This document shows, piece after piece, positions 11,116-23,312 of a stretch of 64,000 nt of DNA. A program made the translations under genes and the position numbers. Each line of letters begins with the position of its first letter. Within the stretch, counting starts at the first letter, position 1. The DNA comes from Takakia lepidozioides (taxonomy: Eukaryota > Plantae > Bryophyta): NCBI GenBank assembly GCA_030704615.1, contig CM060733.1:15252001-15316000 (forward strand). Direction: 5' to 3'. The notes under the pieces were generated by a model. It was not told the origin of the DNA. It saw only the letters and a program-made list of their open reading frames with translations, and made no database searches.

Positions 11116-11554
11116 CATTTTGTTGAGTGTTTTCAGAGTGCAGACTCTGGCTTGCATTCCTTGGTTGCTTTCTTTGTCTACACTTCTCACCCTCATTCCC
11201 AGGGCCCTTTCTCTCGTTGGAGTCTAGCATCGCTTCAGAGGAGAAAGCAAGATTGGTTGCATGAGGGGTGATAGAGCACTTGGCAGTAGCGGAATTGAGT
11301 TGCAGTAGTGGGCAGCTTTGTGGAAGGACTGATTATCTGCAGGTATCTCTATCCATACATTTTGTTGAGTGTTTTCAGAGTGCAGACTCTGGCTTGCATT
11401 CCTTGGTTGCTTTCTTTGTCTACACTTCTCACGCTCATTCCCAGGGCCCTTTCTCTCGTTGGAGTCTAGCATCAGAGGAGAAAGCAAGATTGGTTGCATG
11501 AGGGGTGATAGAGCACTTTGCAGTAGCGGAATTGAGTTGCAGTAGTGGGCAGCC
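11116..11554. repeat. About 240-bp tandem duplication (possible exon/intron scrap)
   Basis: 11116-11317 is near-identical to 11358-11554. Confidence 0.85.
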
Positions 11555-13249
11555 TTTCGAGACGTTATAATTCATCCGCCTCTTGGAGCAGGCTCACTGA
11601 ACCACCTCGAGTGCTTTAATTCTTGGGATATTGATAATTGAGGGATAATGTAATTGTGGCTGTCTCCTTCGCTGACGTACTAATAAGACATATATATAAG
11701 CATCTCCGTCTTTGCGTCCTTCCCAGACTCCACATAATGGAAACAATTTACAATTTGGCAATTCCCACTTTGTCATATCTGCATATGAGTGGCCTCTGAA
11801 ATTTTTCAAGTCTAGTGTTACGACATAAGTAATCCCCAGAACTGAGATGACATTCTGAACAGCATGTTGCTAAACCTGGTGTCCGATGACAGGTCCCCAG
11901 CGGTGCCTGAATTCTCTGCTGTGATTGCAAAATTGCCAAGCTGGCTTAATTCAGATTTTGAATGATAAGTGATCTAACAGCTCTGCATCCTGGATCGGAC
12001 ATGTTTGAGTGGGTATTGCGAAATATTGAAGCTGCGCAATTCATTGTAGCCTTGGTCCTGCCTTGGTCACACTTTGAGCAAACAAGTGTGCTTTACGACT
12101 CAAGGGTGGCTAGTACTGTAGGACCTCTGAAGCTTGCAAATTTGAGTTTATGTACACTTCCTTGTGTAATCAATTGTCTGTGTAGGCAGGTTTCTGCAGC
12201 AAATGTTCATTGGACAGATCTTTCTCTGTCCATGCAGGCTCAAAAAGGGTCTTAAATTTGTGACAGGAATGCTGGATGGAGTCTTTTGAGTTTCTGTGGC
12301 ATGATGCTACACATGTGGCGTCTTGCACCAAGTAGGGACAAAATGGCAGCTAGCAGTTTTAAGAAGATCATTTCTGAACCTCACCCTTGTTCTATCCGTG
12401 CTGTAAAAGTTACAGTTTGTAGTACCACTGGAAAAACTGTGCTAGTGAAAATGTGGGTCTATGTCCTAATTGTTCTGGCGCCCACTGAAGTGATTGTGCA
12501 GGTTATCCATTTCATTGCACGTGCATCAAGCAAGTAAAGCTCAGGGTACTTCCTCAGCCGTGGCATCAAACAGAGCAACATAAGACCATTTGATTCCGCT
12601 TCTCTGCGCTGGCATCTTTCCTCAAGGTCCTCGGTGTGCACAATCCCTCTGTGAACTTAACTTTTCTAGGCTTGAATTCAGTTTTAGTGGGGATAATACC
12701 ACCACATGCTTTGAACCGAGTAGGTGTAGACGGCTCTGGCTGGAGAGTTCGTGTGACTAGGCTTTCCCGTGCCTGCGCTGGCAGCGCCTTGTGGACTGCA
12801 ACCAGCACTGGAAACGAAATGTGTCTGCGACATGACCAGCCCCTTTTCCATCCCTTGATACTGTTGAAGACCGACCAAGAAAGGAGGAATCACAAGAGCG
12901 GCGTATCCAGCTTGCACTCTGCCATCTCCCTCCCGGGTGCACATGGAAGGATTTTTCAAGGATTTTTAGGGTTTCCATAAACTACAAAGCAGGGCTGGAA
13001 ATAGTAAAAGGGAAGTGGATGGCCAGCAAAGAAGGTTCAAGTATCACCGAGAGGCTCAAGGCCGAGGCTATCTTTCCCTTCGTAAATCTTTACGAGATGT
13101 AAGCTCACTCCTTTTCTTTTCAAAATTCTTCACGCGGGGCAAGGCCGTGCGGTGCTTCACTGGTTCATACCTTGCCATACACGTCTCTTTTCCCAAGCTC
13201 CGTGTTACGATCACAAGAACACATTAGAGAGGTTTTGTGGGTGGGCAAG

Positions 13250-13340
13250 ATGGAGCAGGAGATTTGGAGCAGGCTTCTTTTGGAGATAGTGATGGTAGTG
13301 TTGGCCTGGTTGCCGTATCCAAGTCTTGTCCGCTTTAAAC
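13250..13340 (+). pseudogene. F-box motif fragment
   Basis: MEQEIWSRLLLEIVMVVLAWLPYPSLVRFK fits the plant F-box consensus (W..LP.E....IL..LP..SL.RF). No intact downstream domain. Confidence 0.65.
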
Positions 13341-13631
13341 TCTATGAAACTACATCTCATTTAGTCATTCTGTCCAACAAGGCTTCTTTCACACTTCCAC
13401 GATGTCTTATTAGCTATTCACCAAGGAGCTTTGAACCATGGAGATACTATATGTAGTACTATTGCCATCTCTACTGAGGAAGGAAGAAAGACATGTGGAA
13501 CAACAAAAATGCTTGAATGCATGAAAATTGAGTGGGGCCATAACGATTTTGAAGTTGGTTTCCCCCAATCCAAGCAAAAGAGGCCCTGGAAATCCATTGC
13601 AGAACTGGTTGGTCTGGGGGAGGGACTGGGT

Positions 13632-13635
13632 CAGC

Positions 13636-13667
<32 letters not shown>

Positions 13668-13930
13668 GTGTTCTTTAGTGACGAATCTCGACCTCAAAAA
13701 ATAAAATGGAATATTTTGTCGCAAATTCCTTGTTTTTCGATGGATGAAATCTCCAAATTTTTCCAAATAAAGAAATAAATTATGGATGAATTCGTCAAAT
13801 ATAGATGATAAAAATGGATTAAAATACAGAGATGGATGAATAAAAGTGGATGAACAGAATGTACTGCTATATTTTTGCAAAACTCTGTAGCCACTCGTGC
13901 TGTTTCCCAAATTTCTTAAGAAAAACACTG
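13632..13930 (+). mobile_element. hAT-type MITE, family A, copy 2
   Basis: CAGCG...AAAACACTG; TSD GACTGGGT/GGCTGGGT (1 mismatch); (TTA)n expansion in the left end. Confidence 0.85.
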
Positions 13931-15066
13931 GGCTGGGTTGAGGTCCTTCCTTGGTGAGGACCAGAGGCAGATACCTTACTTAGGAGCTGGGAGCCTGGAG
14001 GACTCAAGTTATCGGAAGGGATACAGTACCTACATACACCAATACAATGTTTTGCAATGTCTCGTCTCCCTCTCTTCATCTAGGTCAATGGACTGATATC
14101 GTCTTATGTCATCCATTCCTTTATTTATCCAGTGTATATAGGGCAGCCGCCTGTCTGCTTGCGTCTCTCTATGTCACTCGTTGCAGCCGTCCACTTCGTT
14201 GGAGCAGGATCCCCTCCTCGGAGTGAAGGTGGTCTGGTGTGGTGGGGCGTGGTGGGCAGGGTGGCGTCGTCGGACCTGATGTGGTTGTTGGTAAAGAGAA
14301 ACGGAAACGGCAATGCCACTATGACAACTTGAACACGTTTAGATACGCAGGTACATGCCAAAGATGTTCGCTTAGAAACTAGTGACATCTGGGTTTCCTG
14401 TTTTGCTGTTCTCCCTAGGATGGATCACCTTGTTGGGTTCCGTAGTCCACTTAAGCGTGTTGGACGAGGGATGTAGGCCCCGTGCAGTGACGAAGAAGGG
14501 GGGATCCGGCTGTATGGCAGGGACTTAGGGTGTCACACTGCTGTCTTTCATGCCTGCATTCAAATGGTGTTTACCTCTCTGTTAGCAGGATTGTGACTGG
14601 AAGTGCTTGTCTGTGGGATTCGTTCTTCTCAAGTCAAAGTGGGGTGGTTCACGTTGGTCTTCCATGGTCGGCGGGTTTCTCCTCTGCCTTTGAAAGACTC
14701 GACATTTAGGGTTCAGTAGGTTTTCAACCTGTATGCTGTGTCTCCCAAGCCGAAAAAGCTGGGGCAATGCAAACCCTAAACGCGGGTTGTATCAGTGTCT
14801 GAAAAATAAAAAAACCGCTTCCAGATAGAGCCCTCCTCCCAACCGTAGGAATACAGTTTTGGTGTGTTCCACCCCCGAGCTCATGCCGGGACTGAACCCA
14901 GCGGCTCCTCGTTCGGGCAGCAACACGCTGCCCAAGGAGCCATGTCCTGAACGGACAGCATAATAAGTATAATATTTTAATTTATACACATAAAGGAAGC
15001 AGTTATTGATGTTTTCTGTTAATTAATTTTGGTGAGACACGCCTAGGACCAAATTATCGGAAAGAC

Positions 15067-15200
15067 TACCTGAATCCATTGGGCAGCTTACGTGGCTGAC
15101 CGCATTGGACCTCAGCAACTGCATGAAATTGCAGAGTTTGCCACGCTCGTTTGGGCAGCTAACAAGTCTGCAAACAGGTGATCTTCAGGGATGTATCAAG
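15067..15200 (+). pseudogene. Leucine-rich-repeat fragment (NLR-type LRR)
   Basis: LPESIGQLTWLTALDLSNCMKLQSLPRSFGQLTSLQ, isolated with no flanking ORF. Confidence 0.75.
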
Positions 15201-16226
15201 GTTGGATCACTTTCCAGACTTGCCGGAGGAAACAAACTTTTATTCTTAAACAGAGTTAATATTTTCCGGACTTGCAAGAGGAAACCATTTCATGTTAGAG
15301 CAGAGCTGACTTGTGCAGGCACCTCTATGCCTAACAGATACCTGATCCTCTTGAGGCCATCTTAAGAGCTTTGTATCACCTGCTGTGTCTCAAATTACAA
15401 CCAACAACCAAGTTGGATGTTGTGCAGATCATGAGAGAAGGCTGTACTTTAGCTATTCTTAAAGCAGAACATGGTGCACTACATTTCAGGCTGGATAGTC
15501 AAAATAAGATACATTGCAACATTTCACTTTCTCTTTTCTTTGCCTCAAGGTCTGGATATAAGGGTAATGGGCTTGGCTATGAAGAGTCTAACTAGCAAAT
15601 CACTATATTATGGATGCCTTCATTATCAGATATGGCAAAACTACATGTCTGATGTTACTATGCTACCTTCTGTAAGCTGCCCTTTGTCTTCTTCTCTAAT
15701 GATAGGAAGTGTCGAATGAACCTATGGAATCCTCACGACAAAAAGGTACAACATGGCATTGTCGTTTAGACTTAAGTTGTTGTCCCAATAAAAATTGTGA
15801 ATTATGAACTGTAGATTGTATGAATGAAAGACAGGTGCAAGCATCCAAAATATGTGGAAGTTTCGTAATGCAGATTATAACAGTAGGTCCAACATTGAGG
15901 TACACGTGAGATCTTTATCCCCATGTGGCTGCAGAGATAGAAGTCGAACTGTGTTGGGTGGCAATGACCGAGTCCACCAGTGAGGGTTTGCACAATGTTA
16001 TCAGTATGATCTGACTGAAGAAGGGAAGAGAGTGGAAGACCAAGCATGTGCGTTCTGTGATGGTTCATCATCTGCAGGCTTAGAACCTCAAACTTGAGAC
16101 TCACAAGCTTGCAAACCGCACCCATGTATGTGATCAGAAGACTATGATAGCATTCTCATGACCTGCTAGGGGCAGCTCTGTGCGCTCCTGAAAATACTTT
16201 CATTTTCATCAAAATGATGTAGGTGT

Positions 16227-16510
16227 CAGCGTTTTTTTTTTTCGAATTTTCGCCAGATTGCGACCTCGAAAAATAGAAACGAATATTCCGTAGTAAATTC
16301 CACGTTTTTTCATGGATGAAATCGCCAAATTTCTCCAAAAATAAATATTATTATGGATGAATTCTCCAAATATGGATGATATGTATGGATGAAATTACGG
16401 ATGTGGATGATTCTGTCCTAGTTTGAATGGATGAACAGAATATATGCCTAAACTTTGCAAAACTCTGTAGCCACTCGTGCTATTTTCCGAATTTTAAAAA
16501 CAAAACTCTG
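16227..16510 (+). mobile_element. hAT-type MITE, family A, copy 3
   Basis: CAGCG...AAAACTCTG; TSD GTAGGTGT at 16219-16226 and 16511-16518. Confidence 0.9.
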
Positions 16511-16814
16511 GTAGGTGTATAATATATGCATAATTGAATTGAACTGAATTTGAGATGCATAATTGAAAACACTTGTTGTTGTCCTATTTTTTGTACCACA
16601 ATAAAGGGTACAAAAAATAATATAATAACTGCCCAACCAACGATGGTTGTGACGATCTTTGACTTTCATGGACTTAGTTTTCACGATCTTTGACTCTCAC
16701 ACTTACTTTTCACTTTCACTGACTTGGTTTCAGCGATTTGATTGGGTAGGGTAAGGAGCCCCATAACCGTTACCCCTTAACTGCCTATGAACGGCCAGTG
16801 ACCGCTCATGCTTT

Positions 16815-17375
16815 CCACGTGGCAAACAAGTATTCCATAAAAATCCCAAAAGGTGTTCCGGCATAAGGAGGCCTACACTTATACTGGAATATTCTTGCAT
16901 TTTCTATCAAATTTATTTCTCATTAATAAACGGATGAGATGGAATCATGGATCATAAAAAGTAAAGCTTGCTTGGCCCCAAGCGGCGCCAGGTCGGATGA
17001 CAGAAGTGTGGCTTTTGACAGCGTGTAAGGCCAAGTGCACACCTAGGCCTAGTCCTTCGCCTACGTGGCGATCTCGCTGGCGAAATCCACCCACGTCCCC
17101 GGCGAGTCCACGCCCCGGGCCAGCCCGGGTGCCTGCGCCAACTGCATCCATCCAATGGGACACTCATATTTGAGCCCTCAAGCGATGATTCTCATCCGGA
17201 GACGACGGCCTCCCGCGGACCGGCGTCGAGAAGGTGGTGGAAGGGACGAAGAGCGGGAGAAGCGACACGTGAAGTGCATGCGAGCATGCATCGGACGCTC
17301 CGCTGCCAGCGCCCTGTCTGGTCCACGTTGCCGTCTCTCTCCCTCCCATCGCCTTCACATGCTCTGTATACATAA
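16815..17375 (+). promoter_or_regulatory. Oleosin promoter with clustered ABRE/G-box and RY-like elements
   Basis: CCACGTGGC 16815, TACGTGGC 17062, CACGTC ~17092, GACACGTG 17264, CATGCA 17285; TATA-like TATACATA ~17367. Confidence 0.6.
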
Positions 17376-17574
17376 CTGTGGGACCCAGACCTCTAACGCT
17401 CACATTTCGACCGCTGGCAACGGGTTTGGGTATTAAGGAAGAGGCGATTGGCTTGTTACTACAGCAATATCTTTGTTGAATTCGCAGGATTGTTCGAGAC
17501 TCTCTCTGTGGTGTTGTAGAGTGCATCCCTCGAAGCGGTTGGGGAAGTAATCCTTGGTAGTGAAGTGAAGGAGG

Positions 17575-19228
17575 ATGGACAGGTCGGAGGAGTTGAAGGA
17601 GCGTGCGCAGGGGGTGTTGCAGCGGGTGCAGCAGAATGCTCCCAACTCGCGTCAGCTGTTGGGGCTGGTGACAATTCTGGCGGCTGGGGGGCTTCTGCTG
17701 TTGATTGGAGGGCTTACACTGACGGGGACTCTGATTAGCGCCGCGCTGATTACTCCCGTGCTTATTTTCTTCAGCCCCATCCTGGTCCCGTTGGCCACTG
17801 TGGCATTCGTTACCATCTCTGGTTTGTTGGCCGCTGGCGCCGCCGCTCTGGCAACACTATCGGTCATTTCATGGATCTACAACTATTTCAAGGGGCGGCA
17901 CCCAATTGGTTCAGATCAGGTGGGTGCAGATTTTGAAATATTTGGTAAATGTTGGAGAGGTGTTTGGATTTAGTTTGTGCGCCTGGTTGACAGTTTCAAG
18001 CGTGTCAGTGTCTGATGGTGAGTTACTGAATGGAAGCCAAGGGTACTGGTGATCAAAACGTGATGTCCAGTAGGTTGGACCACATTTACCAAGAGCTGGT
18101 TTCGCTTGGTTGTAGAAGCGGAATGAGTACAAGGACGATCATGACTTAAATTAAGAAGATGGATGCCAGACTGCTAGTCTAGACTCTATCCTGATAGAGT
18201 TTTCTAAAGGTCTACAGAAATATGATGGTTATGAGCTTCTGGGAGGCTAATTGTTCCTCTCTGCACGACAGCTAGAATCTCGTCTGCCTGTGAGGAGGCG
18301 ACTACATTTTCCATAAACTATTTAACGCTGAACAGGGTTAGCCTACTCGATCTCTTTGCTGGAGCATGGAATTTATCTGAATACACTTTTTGATATTCAT
18401 GCATTTTTGTTTCGGTTGGAGGAGATACGTGGGTAGTTAGTAACCAACTTCGTTGGTCAGTATGTCTAGTCAGTCTCCGTGAGCTCGCTGTTTACGGGGT
18501 GGATTCAATAGGAGAAGCCGTGCTCCTACGTTGTGAAGTGGTGTTCGACGTCCTTCTATCTGTGGAATGAGTAAGTGATCTACATCTAGATTTGAGGAAG
18601 GCTGAAGGATTCGAGGCCCACTAACTCTACACAGTCAAAATGACAGAGGGTGACGGGTCTGTGCTGGTAATCTTGAGTACAAAGTCTCATCATAATTAAT
18701 GCTGCTCGAAAGTTCTGAATCTCACGAGTTCGAAGCCTGGGCATCATTAGTTTTATTGGCCCTGTCCTTACTCAGCTTGTGCCTTGTTATCCAGGGCAAT
18801 TGCTCAGGCTATGATAAATTGTCCACGACAGAACTAGCCTGATCATTGTATGGGAATTATGATTTATCGTTCAATTGGGGTTCAATTTCATACAAATTGG
18901 TATAAGGAAAGTGACTGCCATTATCTGAAGCAGTATAAATTTCTAGCCCAGGGTGCATGTCGTTCGAAGTATGGTCAGGTTGCGGTGCAGGTGACCGTGA
19001 GGCTTTGACCTTTTGAGAAAGGGTGAAATGATGAACTGGAGTCCTTGTTCAATCATTTCAGAGTAAAGCTATGTCGCATTGGAAATTCTGGAACGGACAA
19101 TTTCCTCACGTAAAATCTCTGTTGGTTATGTGTAGGTGGATGCGGCCCGTCAACGCATTGCGGAAACTGCCACCCACCTGAAAGAGAGAGCTGCCAGCCA
19201 GTACGACGGATCTGCACCCGCCGCCTGA
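17575..19228 (+). CDS. Oleosin (2 exons: 17575-17919, 19136-19228; 145 aa)
   Basis: Long hydrophobic stretch with proline knot PVLIFFSPILVP. The GT-AG intron joins ...HPIGSDQ|VDAARQRIAETATHLKERA...* in frame. Confidence 0.95.
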
Positions 19229-20892
19229 GCAGTTTTCAGCTGTCATTTGTTTTCCCCTTACATAGGCTCTTACAACATGTATGGTGAAAATAAAGCTTGC
19301 TTGCAAGCAATACTCATATAGGCAGTGCTTGAATAGTTGTCCAGATCCGAAGTACATTGTAGTTCCATGTCGGATTGGGAGGGCCCGTGCCTTTCGATAT
19401 TCCGATGGAAATTTAGAATGCAATGTGTTAGTGTACATGAAGTTGTTTGGTGATGAGCTCTCGTTTCTAGATCCATCGTGAAGATGTAGGATATGTTTTG
19501 CTATGTGTGCAATACTGTTGGCAGTTGAACTGAGGAAACAATCTTCTACCGCTTGTTATACAGGTTTTGAGTGAATGTGAAGTGAACATACCAACAATTT
19601 GGATGCATGTCTTGATGTTACAGTTCCGACTGTATTGATCGCCAGGGAAATAGTAGCAGGGTGTATCCACACTCTTTCGAAAATTTCGTCATCACTGTAT
19701 GCCACATACCTCAGCTCCTAACTACTCCAATACTCCTCTTACTGACTGCAGAGAGAGAAAATTTTACGGCCCACCAAACACTGCGGCGTCCATGACAGAT
19801 CAGTCAAGCAGGTGTAGAGAGTAGAAAAGATATGAGTAATGGTAAGTTCATCATGAATGTGATACTAAGTCTCACATGTGAATTTTCTTCCCTTGGGCCA
19901 TATGCTTGTGCCTAGACAACTTCTACAAACTTGTTCAGAGTTAGGGTATTGTACCCTGAGTAAACATTTGCTTTGAATTAGTGAAATGGTCAGCAAAACT
20001 CGACAGATCTATGGACTCGGAAGTAGCCTGGACCTGTCGAGAGCAAAACCAAAATGATGGGAAAATGCAGAAAATGTAAAACAATAATTTGCAACCGATA
20101 TTTTGTTTTGTTGCTATATTGTTCGAACTATGCTAATCCTAAAGCTACCAGATAACCAGAAATAAGGGCACCACAAGGTAGGGATGCTGCAGATCCTACA
20201 AACATCCAGCGAAGGAGAGACATAGCAACATGGATCTCCTAAAGCAGTGACTGAGAAACAGAGTCAAGAGCTGCCCCTTTTCCTTTTAGGGGCTTCAAAC
20301 GAAAGCTGAGCTTTCGATTTCCCTTTTCTAAAGCTACGCTTGTGATGCGTCCAATTTACTTCAGCCTCCTCAGCTTCCAGAGGTGAAGTCCTTGCACCAA
20401 GTGAGCTGCCAACAGGATGGGAGGCCTTCTTCCCAGAGAGTCCGAAACTCTCCTGCAACACACCTTTTCCCCAAGTGCTGTCGAAGGCAACGAGGAGCTG
20501 GCCGGTTCTCCTGATCCCACATTTGGGAAGAGCTGTCACAACAATCAACCAAGATTTGCGGGCCTCAGACAACATGTCTGAATGAGCCATGAATAGAGCC
20601 TTATGCAAACAGGGCATGCAATTCTGAAACACAACCGAGCATCTAATTTTCCAATTCTGCCACAAATTAATACCTTTGAGGGATTCCCAAACAGGACACT
20701 ATTCAAATTACCGCCAATGAAATATCTCAAAATATAATATTGGAATTTCTTTTCCTTTTGTGTGGGACTAATTACTATGTTATCAATTCATAGTTACTGG
20801 TGTATGGATTGTGCAATTTTTGACATACCATTCATGCAAATAAATATGTATGTATGTATAGGTATATGTATATATTCTTATTATTTATTATT

Positions 20893-21335
20893 TGTTTTTA
20901 AAGAACAGGGGACAGAGGGTCCCTGGAAATTTTATTGAAGTGGCTTGCTGGGAAGCCAATTACTATTATTCTGAAAAATCCTGCAAAGGCATTTGTTTTA
21001 TTAAAACCAAAAAAACATTAATGCACATGACACTTCAAACAGCACTTCAAAACTTTTACTTCTCAGAAATAAAAACAAGCCTAAAATGGCGATGGGCTCT
21101 CTTGCTTTGGCAAAACATAAGCACAACACACCGATCGCTGGCTTGACACGGTGTAAGGTCAGTTGACCACTTTTCTCCGTTGACTTCAACATGTTGCAAA
21201 CTCTCTCTCTCAGAGAGCCAATGAAGTCCCTACCTCTGCCTTCATGGCTTTCTACCAAGTTATTTTTCCCTGGTTTGTTACCTTCCTATTTTATCAATAA
21301 ATTTAAGAGCCACTGTCCCCTTTCTTTAAAAAATA
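20893..21335. mobile_element. MITE with imperfect ~45-bp TIRs
   Basis: Left end tttttaaagaacaggggacagagggtccctggaaattttattga versus right end (reverse complement) tttttaaagaaaggggacagtggctcttaaatttattga. Confidence 0.6.
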
Positions 21336-21679
21336 AAATAAATAAAACAAATCAGGGTTTCCGATCTTAAATTCAAGAACACTGCCAGTCAGGAGCAAAT
21401 GTAAGGGCTGTGTGTTGAGCAATAGGCTCTGTAAATTAAACAAACTAACCCTTATGGTGTCACCTGGGGTTTTATTTTTTTCCCCTCAATTTTTGAAATA
21501 AATCATGAAGCTTTTTCCTTTTCTTTTTATGTTTTTAGAGAAATATTTTCTTTTAAAAAAATAAAAAAAAACAAACTTTACATTACCTGAAAATAAGTTA
21601 CCACACATGTCACTTGATAGCTTTTCACTGCACTGAGAACCTTGACAAGCTTGCTTTAAGAAGAGAGGAGGCCCTAGCT

Positions 21680-23312
21680 ATGGCTATGGCGGTGAGCTCT
21701 TCGCACATACGACAGATCTTGACCTACCCGCTCCTCATTGAACGCCTCCGTGAATCCTTCAAAGAAATTGAAGCATTCTGCATCCCCTCAACATCTCATC
21801 ATACCATCGTTGCACCGGGAGAAGGCCAGAATGCGAATTTGAGTCCAACTTTGCTGTTGATGCCGGCCTGGTGTCGCTCCCCCCGCTGCCCTTACCTCCT
21901 CGTCAAAAGCGTCACCGTCTTCCCGGAGAATGGGGCCAAGGGCTTGCCTGCAGTCATGGGCACCCACGTTCTCTCGTCCTCGGAAACGGGTCAGTCGCAT
22001 TGCTTGTGGTTGCAAATTGGGTTGTGAGTTTCTGAATGTAGTCTGTCGTCATGCCGTCAAGTAGAACCCCTTCTGTTCATCAGACAAGCCGAAGTGGGCC
22101 TCTCGTTGTGCAGTGTGATGTACGTCGAGCTTTGTGGCCCTTGCAATTGTGGGGGAAGAATTGGCCAACCGATGCTTCATTTGAAGGCATTATGAAGGCT
22201 CATGGCATCTGAAAGAGACCCTTAGTAAACCATGTTACCGGAAGGCGCAAAACGTGATCTCATTTTTTCACAGCAGTCGGTGTCGTGGGTCTCTGAATTA
22301 GGTAGATTTTTCTGGCAGGACACAGTTTTGAAGACATTCACCCCATTGCAGTCAGAGTTTAATGTAGCTGATGGTCATTGGTAGTGGCCCTTCAAAAAAC
22401 ATGAACCTAAGTGGGTCAACATTCTGGAGAACCAAGGGACGACTTCCAAAGGCCTTCAGTTCTGTGAAGGATGATAGCTGAAATTATGATTCAATAGCAT
22501 AATGTTAATAGAGTTGACCGGGCTTTTAAATTGAAGGCTATGAATACCAGAGAATTCATGGGTTTGGTTTTGACTGTGATTAACTTGCTATGATTCGGTG
22601 AATGGGGTGTTGCTTCTTTGCTGCAGGGACACAGTTGGCTGTGATGGATGGAACTGAGCTCATTCTATGGAGAACTGCATGCACATCGGCCTTGGCAGCT
22701 GATTATCTTGCCCGAAAGGATGTCAAGGTAATGGTGATGGTGGGTGCAGGTGCATTAGCCCCACATCTTATCAAAGCCCATTTATCGTCCCGGCCATCAC
22801 TTGAAAGAGTTCTCATTTGGAACCGGACACACGCAACGGCTGTGAAACTTGTGGAACACTTGAAATCTTTGCCTCTTTTGGCAGGTGTAGTTGTAGAGGC
22901 GGTCTCCGATTTAGAGTCGGCGGTAAGAACCGGCGACTTGATCTCGTGTGCAACCCTTTCAAGTGAGCCTCTTGTACTCGGCTCATGGCTGGCTCCAGGT
23001 ACACACTTAGATCTTGTTGGATCCTTTAGGCCTTCCATGCGGGAATGCGATGATGCAACCATCAGAAGTGCTAGGATTGTAGTTGATACTCTCGATGCAA
23101 TAGAAAAGTCTGGAGATCTCATGAAACCGCTCTATCAAAATGTCATTTCAAGGGAACACATTTTAGGAACATTAGCTGACTTAGTACAGGAGAGAGTGCC
23201 CATGAGAAGGACACCTGAGGAGATAACTTTGTACAAAAGTGTGGGTTGCACTGTGGGAGACTTAACAGCGGCACAAATAGTATATGAACATATAAAGGAT
23301 TCTACATCCTGA
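21680..23312 (+). CDS. Ornithine cyclodeaminase/mu-crystallin family protein, SARD4-like (exons 21680-21989, 22627-23312)
   Basis: LLLMPAW, VKSVTVFPEN, RTACTSALAADYLAR, Rossmann motif VGAGALA, GTHLDLVGSF, ITLYKSVG. The phase-1 GT-AG intron rejoins the frame. Confidence 0.93.

Noticed and set aside
11590-13000. Protein-like minus-strand frames (similar ones at 20264-20665, 23746-25000, 59150-60430, 63050-64000)
   Set aside because: Many stops and no motif I can recognise; they cannot be called without a database search.
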